64,000 nucleotides of DNA from Candidatus Limnocylindrus sp. (lineage in GTDB: Bacteria; Chloroflexota; Limnocylindria; Limnocylindrales; Limnocylindraceae). Position numbers and translations under genes: made by a program. Below, in pieces: positions 40,459 to 48,645 of the stretch; position 1 is the first letter of the stretch; each line of letters begins with the position of its first letter. The notes beneath the pieces are model-generated. The model worked only from the letters and a program-made list of their open reading frames with translations. It was not told where the DNA came from and made no database searches. The stretch spans positions 249,976-313,975 of the forward strand of contig JBBAWM010000001.1 of NCBI GenBank assembly GCA_040397175.1. Reading direction: 5' to 3'.

Positions 40459-41508
40459 CTACGACCTCGAGGCGTCGCGCTCCGTGAGCCAGCGCTCGGC
40501 GTCGAGTGCGGCCCGGCAGCCATCGCCCGCGGCAGTGACCGCCTGGCGGTAGCGGTGGTCATGCACGTCACCGGCAATGAAGACACCGTCGATCTGGGAG
40601 GCAGACGTCTCGCTCTCAAGCTGCAAGTAGCCTGCCGCGTCAACGGGGAGGGCGCCTCCGAGCATTGCCGTATTCGGCGTGTAGCCGATCGCAACGAAGA
40701 GCCCGCCAGCGGCGAGTCGCTCTGGAGTGCTGGTTGCCCCGACAGTCGTGTCGCGCAGCATGACGGCCTCGGTGCTCTTCTCACCGAGCACCTCGACAAC
40801 CTCCCGGTTCATATGCAGCTCAATCGATGGATGGGCTTCAACGCGCGAGATCATGATCTTGCTGGCGCGGAAGCTATCACGACGATGCACGAGGTGGACC
40901 TTGGTCGCGAAGCGCGTCAGGAAGAGCGCCTCTTCGAGCGCGGTATCGCCGCCGCCGACCACGACCACCTCTTGCCCCTTGAAGAAGAATCCGTCGCAGG
41001 TTGCGCAGGCGCTGACGCCACGTCCGCGAAGGCGGGTCTCAGACTCAAGGCCGAGCCAGAGCGCTGATGCGCCGGTCGCAACGATGATGGCTTCGGCGCG
41101 GAACTCGCGACCAGCACTCCACACTCGAAGTGGCTGTGCGCTCAGGTCAACGCGATCAACATCTTGGTCCACCATGATCGAACCGAAGTGCTCGGCCTGC
41201 GCGCGCATATTCGCCATCAGCTCTGGGCCGTCGATGCCGTCAGGGAATCCTGGGAAGTTTTCGACCTCGCTGGTCAACATCAGCTGGCCACCGGGGGCAT
41301 AACCACCAATGACAACGGGTGCGAGTCCGGCGCGAGCGGCATAGATCGCAGCCGTCAGGCCAGCTGGCCCAGAACCGAGGATCAGCAGCTTCGCCTCCGT
41401 TGGTGCGGCGGATGTGGCGCTCGTGGCGACGCTCGGGTCGGCCGCTGGCGCCGCGGCGCCGAAGTCAATTGTCAGGCCGAATCCCTTGGGGGTCTCTGCG
41501 TTTGTCAT
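40459..41508 (-). CDS. trxB: Thioredoxin reductase
   Basis: GSGPAGLTAA, CATCDG, GGGDTALEEA and GDVHDHRYRQAVTAAG. TAGAAT lies at 41520-41515. Confidence 0.96.
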   Translation of the reverse strand: MTNAETPKGFGLTIDFGAAAPAADPSVATSATSAAPTEAKLLILGSGPAGLTAAIYAARAGLAPVVIGGYAPGGQLMLTSEVENFPGFPDGIDGPELMANMRAQAEHFGSIMVDQDVDRVDLSAQPLRVWSAGREFRAEAIIVATGASALWLGLESETRLRGRGVSACATCDGFFFKGQEVVVVGGGDTALEEALFLTRFATKVHLVHRRDSFRASKIMISRVEAHPSIELHMNREVVEVLGEKSTEAVMLRDTTVGATSTPERLAAGGLFVAIGYTPNTAMLGGALPVDAAGYLQLESETSASQIDGVFIAGDVHDHRYRQAVTAAGDGCRAALDAERWLTERDASRS

Positions 41509-41546
41509 AGTTAGATTCTACGCCCCCTGCGGCAATGGGCGATTGA

Positions 41547-42929
41547 TTACCGGAAGAGGTCCCAATCGGGGGGCATCAGGCTCGATCGAGCACTCCCATC
41601 CTCTGCAACCTGAGGGTGCGCGCCGCGGATCAGGGCGAGCGGACGGCGGGCGGTCTTGCCGAGGGCGAGCTCAGCGGTGGCGGCGATCTGGTCTGCAACA
41701 GCGCGCACCGTCGCGGCCATCATTCGTCCATCGGCGTCGGGCTTACCGCGCAGATCTTCAAGCGCCGCAATGCCAGCCACGCCGATCGCAACGTCGGTGA
41801 TGCCGAGGCGCCATGGGCGACCGAAGGAGTCGGTGATGATCACGCCAGGCGCCACGCCGGTGCGCAGGCGAATCGCTTCGCGAATTGCGCGTGCCGAGCC
41901 ATCGGGATCGCGTGGCAGGAGTGTCACCACCTCGCCGCTCCGTGGACCAACGTTGCTGGCGTCAACGCCAGAGTTCGCGAGGACAAATCCGTGCGACGTC
42001 TCCGTGATGATCACTCCGCGATCCATGCGCACCACGCGAATCGCCTCTTGCAGCACCACTTCGACCTGGCGTGGGTCGCGACTCCACTTCGCGGCGTACT
42101 CCACCGCCTCTGGGCGTGGCGTGATGGTGGCTAGCTCAACGATGGCCCCCTCTGCCTTTGAAACGATCTTCTGGGTAACGGCGATCACGTCGTCACCGCG
42201 TAGGCCGCCGATCGCACCGGTCGCTGTGGCTGTCGCCACACAGCTCGCGATCATGGCTGGCAGGTCGTCGCCTGGCTGGATTTCACCGAGGCCGTCAATG
42301 GGGAGTGCGAGCAGACCCTCGGTTGGTGTTGGCGTGGCGACTGATCGCTCGCGCTCCAGCGCAGCCTTCAGGTCGTCGGGGGTATCGAGGTCGGCGGCGA
42401 GTGGCGAGCTGAGCGACTCTACCGTGCCTCCATCACGGCTCAGCTCGCTGCGATGTGCCTCGGCACTATTCGGCCCGAACCGTGGGGTAAACGCGTTCGG
42501 GAGCCGCACCATCAGCGCGGAGGTGCCGCCATCGGGCGAGGCGAGAAGGCCAGGTTGTGCGCCTGACCAATCGCGAATCAGTGAATCAATGTTTGCCGCC
42601 GAAATTTCGGCAAGGTCCACGGGCAGGATCAGCACTGCAGTTGCGCCGCTCGTCGCTGCGCGGCGCACACCGAGCGCGATCGCCGAATTCAGTTCAACAC
42701 CGCCGTCGTCGAGCGCCTCATGTCCGCCGCTGCGCGCCAAGGCGCGGGCGAGAGGATCAGGCGAGACCAGGATCACGTTGCCGATACTGGCGGCGCGACC
42801 GAGTGCCAAGAGGGTGCGCTCAAGGAGGCGCGCGGAGAACTCGCGCCGCTCATCCTCACCGAGGAGCGGCGCCATGCGCGACTTCGCGGAGTCGATCGAT
42901 CGAAAGGGGAGGACAGCGGTGACGGTCAC
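41547..42929 (-). CDS. cofE: Fusion of CofC/FbiD guanylyltransferase (N-terminal) and CofE F420-0:gamma-glutamyl ligase (C-terminal)
   Basis: N-half has AKSRMAP, LNSAI, PVDL, DGGTSAL, FGPNS..H and DLDTPDDL. C-half has IQPGDDL, TQKIVSKAEG, ANSGVDASN, DSFGRPWRLG and terminal DLFR. Both lie in one continuous ORF. Confidence 0.88.
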   Translation of the reverse strand: MTVTAVLPFRSIDSAKSRMAPLLGEDERREFSARLLERTLLALGRAASIGNVILVSPDPLARALARSGGHEALDDGGVELNSAIALGVRRAATSGATAVLILPVDLAEISAANIDSLIRDWSGAQPGLLASPDGGTSALMVRLPNAFTPRFGPNSAEAHRSELSRDGGTVESLSSPLAADLDTPDDLKAALERERSVATPTPTEGLLALPIDGLGEIQPGDDLPAMIASCVATATATGAIGGLRGDDVIAVTQKIVSKAEGAIVELATITPRPEAVEYAAKWSRDPRQVEVVLQEAIRVVRMDRGVIITETSHGFVLANSGVDASNVGPRSGEVVTLLPRDPDGSARAIREAIRLRTGVAPGVIITDSFGRPWRLGITDVAIGVAGIAALEDLRGKPDADGRMMAATVRAVADQIAATAELALGKTARRPLALIRGAHPQVAEDGSARSSLMPPDWDLFR

Positions 42930-43873
42930 GAAACGGCGAGAACGGCGCGTGCTACGGCAAGTCGTGCTGCATCGTCGGTCATGACGATCGGCGCAGCAAC
43001 GCTCTTGTGAACATGCGGCGCGATTGCGGCGGCAAGGGTGGGAGTGAGGTCTGATGTCTCAACGAGGAGTGCATCCATGAGGCCGGTCAGATGCTTGGCG
43101 ACACCCGCTGGTGAGACGTCGAGCCCTGCGGCGGCGAGCATGCGATCGGCTGGCCCCTTTAGTGCCTTCCCGCCAACGATCGGTGAGATTCCGACAACGA
43201 GTGCGCCACGAGCACGTGCCGCAGCGATCGCCTCGCGAATCCCGGGGATCGCAAGGATCGGGCCGATCGAGATCAACGGATTCGATGGTGCAATCACGAT
43301 GCGCTCGGCTGTGGCAAGGGCATCAAGGGTTTCAGCGGTTGGGTGCGCCGACTGGGCACCGTCGAAGGCCACCTCAAGGACCTCGGGCTTCGCCTGAGCG
43401 CCGACGAACCACGGCTGGAACTCCATCCAGCCACTCTCGGTGCGCAGGCGCGTGCGAAGCGGGTCGTCGGTCGCCATGAGGATCGGCGCTTCGGTGAGTC
43501 CGAGCTTGCGTTGGATCTCGCGATTCACCTCGGTGAGTCGTCCACCAGCGCGCAGCTGCGCGGTGCGATGAATGTGCAGTGCAAGGTCGCGATCACCGAG
43601 TCGGAACCAGTCGGGGGCGCCGATCTTGCCGAACTGCTCGAGGGCATTCCACGTTTCACCAGCGAGGCCCCAGCCGCGCTCGCGGTCGCCGAGATCGGCG
43701 AGCGTGTAGAGCAGGGTGTCGTGGTCTGGGCAGATCGTGAGGCCGTGTAACTCGAAATCGTCGCCGGCGTTCGCGATGATCGAGAGGTCTCCTACCGGTA
43801 GAGCCGCACGGAGGCCGTGGGCGAGCTTCGCGCCGCCTACGCCACCGGCCAGGAGTGCGACGCGCGGACTCAC
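42926..43873 (-). CDS. cofD: 2-phospho-L-lactate/PEP transferase CofD (FbiA)
   Basis: LAGGVGGAK, GLTICPDHDTLLYTL, WFRLGDRDLA, PSNPLISIGPI and KGPADRML. GTG start at 43873. Confidence 0.93.
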   Translation of the reverse strand: MSPRVALLAGGVGGAKLAHGLRAALPVGDLSIIANAGDDFELHGLTICPDHDTLLYTLADLGDRERGWGLAGETWNALEQFGKIGAPDWFRLGDRDLALHIHRTAQLRAGGRLTEVNREIQRKLGLTEAPILMATDDPLRTRLRTESGWMEFQPWFVGAQAKPEVLEVAFDGAQSAHPTAETLDALATAERIVIAPSNPLISIGPILAIPGIREAIAAARARGALVVGISPIVGGKALKGPADRMLAAAGLDVSPAGVAKHLTGLMDALLVETSDLTPTLAAAIAPHVHKSVAAPIVMTDDAARLAVARAVLAVS

Positions 43874-44865
43874 GCGGTCAGTGCGGGGAGCACCTCGCGC
43901 CCGAAGGCGGCGGCCCACTCGGCTTGGTTCCGGCCCACGTTGTGCAGGTAGATCTTGTCAAAGCCCATGTCGAGGTAGCGCTGAATGGTCTTGCGGTGCG
44001 TCTCAAGATCACTCGAGATCACCATCCGCCCAGCGAAATCCTCTGGCCGTACGAGCTTCGCCATCTGCTGGAAGTCGGTTGGGTTGCGAATGTCTTGCTT
44101 CGGGAACTTCATGCCGCCGTTTGGCCACTCGCGCATTGCGTTGGCCAGCGCCTCCTCGTCGGTTGCAGCCCACGAGAGGTGCAGCTGCAGAATCTTTGGC
44201 ATGGTGTCTGGGTTCTTTCCAGCCGCGCGCGCGCCCTCGGCGAACTTGTCGAACACGGTCTGGATCTTCTCGTCGGCGGCGCCCACTGTGATGATGCCGT
44301 CGCAGAGTTCGCCCGTTTTCTTGGCGGTGATGGGGCCGGCGGTTGCAACATAGATTGGTGGTGGGGCAGGAGGGAGCGTCCAGAGGCGCGTGCTTTCGAG
44401 TTGGTACCAGCTACCAGAGTGCTTGACCTCCTTGCCGGTGAAGAGCTTGCGGATGATCTCGATCGCCTCGAACATGCGGGCGATGCGCTCACCAACCTCG
44501 GGCCAGTAGCCGCCCACGACATGTTCATTCAGCGCCTCACCAGAGCCGAGTCCGAGCCAGTGTCGACCCGGATACATCGCCTCAAGGGTGGCCGACGCCT
44601 GTGCAACTGTTGCTGGGTGCATGCGCCAACCGGGACAGGTGACGCCAGGGCCAACATCGCCCTTGGTGCGTTCGGCGAGAAGTGTCATGACGTTCCAAAC
44701 AAATGGCGCAGAGCCCTGCTCGGGCACCCATGGCTGGAAGTGATCGGCGGCCATGACGCCGCTGAAGCCTGCCTGCTCGGCGGCTACGGAGTAGTCGACC
44801 ACCTCGGTCGGCCCGAACTGCTCGAGCATCGCGGCGTAGCCGATCTTTGCGGCCCCGTTACCCAT
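43870..44865 (-). CDS. F420-dependent LLM oxidoreductase, G6PDH (Fgd-like) family
   Basis: EQFGP, ADHFQPW, GVTCP, AQASATL and GLGSGEALNE; coupled to cofD. Confidence 0.88.
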   Translation of the reverse strand: MGNGAAKIGYAAMLEQFGPTEVVDYSVAAEQAGFSGVMAADHFQPWVPEQGSAPFVWNVMTLLAERTKGDVGPGVTCPGWRMHPATVAQASATLEAMYPGRHWLGLGSGEALNEHVVGGYWPEVGERIARMFEAIEIIRKLFTGKEVKHSGSWYQLESTRLWTLPPAPPPIYVATAGPITAKKTGELCDGIITVGAADEKIQTVFDKFAEGARAAGKNPDTMPKILQLHLSWAATDEEALANAMREWPNGGMKFPKQDIRNPTDFQQMAKLVRPEDFAGRMVISSDLETHRKTIQRYLDMGFDKIYLHNVGRNQAEWAAAFGREVLPALTA

Positions 44866-44873
44866 CTCGCCCC

Positions 44874-45305
44874 CTACTCCTGGCTCGCGGCGGGCTTACC
44901 GTGCGCGAAGACCTGATCTGGATTGATGGTGATCACGATACGCTCCATCGCGCTCAGGCGAGCGATCGTGCTCGCCAGGAGTGCCGGATCGGTGAGGTAT
45001 TTGGCCGCCACCCGTTGGAGTTGGGCCTGCCCACGCTCCTGGTCGTCATCGATCTGTACACGCCCAAGGATCTGGACGTAGTCGTAGCGGTCTTCGACCA
45101 TGAACGAACAGCGGGGGTCGCGCCGGAGATTGGCGGGCCAGCGCCGCCCCCCAGCGGTGTTCACGATGATCGAATCGCCCTCCAGGGCGTACCAGACCAC
45201 GGCTGCAAAGGGGGCACCGTCGGCATCGATCGTGGAGATCGTGCCGAAGCGGGGTCGGTCAAGGAAGGTTCGAATCGCGGGATCGTGGATTCCTCTTGGG
45301 CTCAT
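44874..45305 (-). CDS. PPOX-class (split beta-barrel) F420-dependent oxidoreductase
   Basis: ISTIDADGAP, VVWY, NLRRDPR and YVQILG; F420 context. Confidence 0.82.
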   Translation of the reverse strand: MSPRGIHDPAIRTFLDRPRFGTISTIDADGAPFAAVVWYALEGDSIIVNTAGGRRWPANLRRDPRCSFMVEDRYDYVQILGRVQIDDDQERGQAQLQRVAAKYLTDPALLASTIARLSAMERIVITINPDQVFAHGKPAASQE

Positions 45306-45372
45306 GAGGCGTACGCTACACGCAACGGAGCCCGCCGTCCTTAGGCGGGCCCAGAAGTTGCGGAGGTGCTCC

Positions 45373-46152
45373 ATGGCCCAGATCCATCTTCACGCCGAGA
45401 GCGGCGATTACGCCCCAATCGTCCTGATGCCAGGAGACCCGAATCGTTCCAAGCGGATCGCGGCCCGATTCGACGGCGGCCTGGAGAAGGCGAAGTTGGT
45501 CAACGAGCACCGTGGCCTCCTCGGCTACACGGGAACCATCAACGGCGTGCCGGTCAGCGTGCAAACGACGGGGATGGGAACGCCAACCACCAGTATCGTC
45601 ATGGAGGAGCTGCTGAACCTCGGTGTCGAGACGTTTGTGCGCATCGGCACCTGTGGTGGCTTCCTGCATCTTGAGACGGGCGATGTGATTGTCGCGTCGG
45701 CGGCGGTCGCCAGCAGCGGCATCGGGCCCATCCTTGGATTCGACGAGCCAACGGCGCCAACCGCCGACTTTGATGTGACCAACGTCCTGGTTGCGGCTGC
45801 AAAGACCAAGGGCTTGACCACCCATGTTGGCCCGATCGTGACCTCTGATGTCTTCTACGATCCGAACCCCCTCGGCACCGCACGGTGGGGTGCGCGCGGC
45901 TATCTCGGCGTTGAGATGGAGTCGGCGGCAATGTTCTTGTTGGCGATGCGCGAGCGCGCCAAGGGGCGACCGGTTCGCGCGGGAACGATTTTGACGGTGT
46001 CCGACACCATTCGCGATCCAAAGGTTGTCGCTGAGGCGCGCAAGGGCGGCAGTGAGCCGTGGTACCGACTTCCTGAAGATGAGCTGATCAAGCGCATTGA
46101 TTTAACGATCGGCGCCGCGCTGAAGGCCGCCGCGACGCTCGGCGCTCGCTAG
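45373..46152 (+). CDS. deoD: Purine nucleoside phosphorylase (DeoD-type, PNP/UDP family)
   Basis: MPGDPNR, RGLLGYTG, GMGTP, RIGTCG, SDVFY and VEMESA. SD GGAGG before ATG 45373. Confidence 0.85.
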   Translation: MAQIHLHAESGDYAPIVLMPGDPNRSKRIAARFDGGLEKAKLVNEHRGLLGYTGTINGVPVSVQTTGMGTPTTSIVMEELLNLGVETFVRIGTCGGFLHLETGDVIVASAAVASSGIGPILGFDEPTAPTADFDVTNVLVAAAKTKGLTTHVGPIVTSDVFYDPNPLGTARWGARGYLGVEMESAAMFLLAMRERAKGRPVRAGTILTVSDTIRDPKVVAEARKGGSEPWYRLPEDELIKRIDLTIGAALKAAATLGAR

Positions 46153-46163
46153 TCCGTTCACCC

Positions 46164-47012
46164 GTGACGCGAACTACGCCGCTCCCAATCGGCGTCGCCC
46201 TCGGCACCATTGGCCTGGAAGGGGATGCGTGGCTGCGCGCCGCGGCGCTCTTGGCGACAGCGCCGATCGATCGGCTCTGGATCTGGGATCACCTGATGGG
46301 GCGTGGTGCTCCAGATCGCCCGGTGCTTGAGGCAACGAGCCTCGCCGCCGCAGCCCTCGCGCTGAACCCGAATCTGCATGTCGGCACGCTGGTGCTCGAT
46401 GTTTCGAAGCGGCACCCTGCGCTCACCGCAAAGATTGCGGCAACGCTCGATGCGATCGCTCCGGGGCGATTTACGCTCGGCATTGGTGCTGGAGGTGATG
46501 TTGCGGAGCATGATGCGCTGGGCATCCCCTATGGCGAGGTGGGTGAGCGCATTGCGGCGCTGGCCGCACAGGTGGTGGTCGCGCGCGCGATGTTGGACGG
46601 CGAGCCGAGTCAGCGCCTAACACTCACCGCGCCTGGCAGCCTGAACGGTGCGGCGAGCGCCCCCCGCCCAGGCGCTCGTCTGCGATTGCTGATCGCCGGT
46701 GATCATCCGAGTTCGATCAGCCTTGCAGCGGCGTCCGCTGATGAGTGGGTGGCACCAGCGGCGACATTCGCCGTGGGGCTTGCACGGTTGCGCGAGGGGG
46801 AACGAGCGGCAGGTCGTGCCAAGCCCCCAGTACGAACACACATGCTGCACCAGCTGAGCGCGAGCGAGAGGTTGATCGAATCGCCATTCGGAAGCGATCC
46901 GAAGGGGACGTTGGCTGAGGCTCACGCAGCGGGAGCCGATGGATTGATCGTGACGGTGCGGACTGAACGCGATGTGGAAGACGCCCTCCAACTCTTGGAG
47001 AAACTGCGATGA
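46164..47012 (+). CDS. LLM-class flavin/F420-dependent oxidoreductase (divergent)
   Basis: LWIWDHL, VGTLV, RHPALTAKIAATLD and GRFTLGIGAG. Confidence 0.78.
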   Translation: MTRTTPLPIGVALGTIGLEGDAWLRAAALLATAPIDRLWIWDHLMGRGAPDRPVLEATSLAAAALALNPNLHVGTLVLDVSKRHPALTAKIAATLDAIAPGRFTLGIGAGGDVAEHDALGIPYGEVGERIAALAAQVVVARAMLDGEPSQRLTLTAPGSLNGAASAPRPGARLRLLIAGDHPSSISLAAASADEWVAPAATFAVGLARLREGERAAGRAKPPVRTHMLHQLSASERLIESPFGSDPKGTLAEAHAAGADGLIVTVRTERDVEDALQLLEKLR

Positions 47013-47019
47013 TGTCGGC

Positions 47020-47481
47020 ATGAGCGAAGTGCAGGACCGCAATCAGTTTCAACCGTGCGTTCGTTGTGGCGCGCCAGTCTCGTTGCAGACGGCGCTCTGC
47101 GAGCGTTGCAACCCGCTTGGCCTGGCGCAACCGTCGGCGAGCCAGAGTCACGGCACAGTCTTCCTCGGGATCGGCGCCGCCGTGCTCCTTCTGGCGGCCC
47201 TGGCTGGCAGCTCCTCACGCGGGATCGGGCCATTCACCGCGACAATGAGCGCGGGAAGTTCCGTGCCTGGCGGGCTTTCGGTGGCCATCACCATCACGAA
47301 CACGGGGAGAACCGCAGGGTCAGCTACCTGCCAGGTCACCACGAGCGTCATCGGCAGTGCGGGCCTCTCCGAAATCATCTCCACACCGCGTATCGAGCCA
47401 GGGGCAACGACCACCGTCGATCGTCAGCTCAAGAGCTTTGGGAGTGACCCTATCCCCCTGGCGATCTCCTGCGGCGGCTAG
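47020..47481 (+). CDS. Hypothetical membrane protein with N-terminal Zn-ribbon
   Basis: CVRC-x10-CERC, one TM (VFLGIGAAVLLLAAL) and a beta-rich C-terminal domain. Confidence 0.65.
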   Translation: MSEVQDRNQFQPCVRCGAPVSLQTALCERCNPLGLAQPSASQSHGTVFLGIGAAVLLLAALAGSSSRGIGPFTATMSAGSSVPGGLSVAITITNTGRTAGSATCQVTTSVIGSAGLSEIISTPRIEPGATTTVDRQLKSFGSDPIPLAISCGG

Positions 47482-48017
47482 TTCGCGGCTGAACCCTCTT
47501 CAATGATGCGCTTGAGATGGCGCAGATCCGACCGAAAGATTGAGCCCAGGATCGGTCGCTGAACGAACCCTCCAAGGTTTGCAAAGAGTGGTGGTCGCAG
47601 GTACTCCATCCAATCGATGCGCGTGTGCGTTGCATCAATTTCTGTGAAGCGCAGCAGCCCTTCACCAACGAACCTCCCCTCGTGTCGAATGGCGAAGGTG
47701 CTCGGTGGATCAACCTGCGTGATCACCACATCGTCGGTGGTTGAGATTCCGAAGATGCGCACGGTAGCCCGCCCACGTGAACCGGGCTGAATTGGTGGCG
47801 GCGTGAGCATCTCGACGCGCTTCATCTCATGCATCCATTCCGGCTGACGAGCAATATCCGAGGCATACGCCCACACCGCAGTTCGCGGTGCGGCAATCTC
47901 AATCGTGAGGTTGATCTCGGGCCGTCCGATTTTTTTCGCAGCGATCAGTAGCCCGAGGAGCTGCTCGACGACGACTGCGCCAAAAATGCCAAGCGCAGCG
48001 ATCAGGAGCAGGGCCAT
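47478..48017 (-). CDS. SRPBCC/START-like (polyketide cyclase) protein
   Basis: IAAPRTAVWAY..D...PEWM; hydrophobic N-terminus. Confidence 0.75.
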   Translation of the reverse strand: MALLLIAALGIFGAVVVEQLLGLLIAAKKIGRPEINLTIEIAAPRTAVWAYASDIARQPEWMHEMKRVEMLTPPPIQPGSRGRATVRIFGISTTDDVVITQVDPPSTFAIRHEGRFVGEGLLRFTEIDATHTRIDWMEYLRPPLFANLGGFVQRPILGSIFRSDLRHLKRIIEEGSAAN

Positions 48018-48607
48018 TAGCAGAGCACTCCGCCCGCCGATTCAATTGCTTGCAGTGCGGCGGCGGTGTCGCCGTCGTGCAGTTCGACACCTGCTGATGC
48101 GGCGACCGCCACCTCAACCGTGAACCCTGCAGCGAGTGCGTCGAGGGCCGTGGCCTTAACGCACCAATCGGTCGCAAGGCCACAGACCGTCACGAGGGTT
48201 ACGCCAGCGTTGTGGAGGAGCGCTGCAAGCTCTGTGGAGCGCACCTCGCCGGTGATCGGGTTGCGCAGTGAGAATGCGCTGTAGCCATCTTCGCCCGCGA
48301 CCCCTTTACGAATCACGATATCACCGGGCCGCTGGGCGAGGACCGCCTCCGGAAGAAGTTCTGCCCCTGGGCTCCCGGCGACGCAGTGCATCGGCCAGGA
48401 GCCACCCTGCGGGGCGAAGTGCGGCGTGCTCTCGGGGTGCCAGTCCTGGCTCCACACGACGAGCTCGCCGTGGGTGCGTGCGCGCTCAACCAGGCGCAGC
48501 ACGTGCGGGAGGGCGGCGGGGGCACCTGACACGAAGAGCCGCCCTGCAGGGTCGCCGAAGTCAACCTGAAGGTCCATGATCAGGAGGGCGCGCTGTGGCT
48601 TTGCCAT
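48017..48607 (-). CDS. pncA: Nicotinamidase/pyrazinamidase
   Basis: MDLQVDF, QDWHP, WPMHCV, RKG...YSAF and GLATDWCV. Confidence 0.9.
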   Translation of the reverse strand: MAKPQRALLIMDLQVDFGDPAGRLFVSGAPAALPHVLRLVERARTHGELVVWSQDWHPESTPHFAPQGGSWPMHCVAGSPGAELLPEAVLAQRPGDIVIRKGVAGEDGYSAFSLRNPITGEVRSTELAALLHNAGVTLVTVCGLATDWCVKATALDALAAGFTVEVAVAASAGVELHDGDTAAALQAIESAGGVLC

Positions 48608-48645
48608 ACCCACATCCTCGCACGGGGCGCTACCCTTGGGGAATC

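Noticed and set aside
41656-42984. 442-aa plus-strand ORF, and similar long antisense ORFs such as 43855-44916, 57804-58868 and 10035-10970
   Set aside because: These are stop-poor shadow frames of real GC-rich genes, with biased composition and no motifs.
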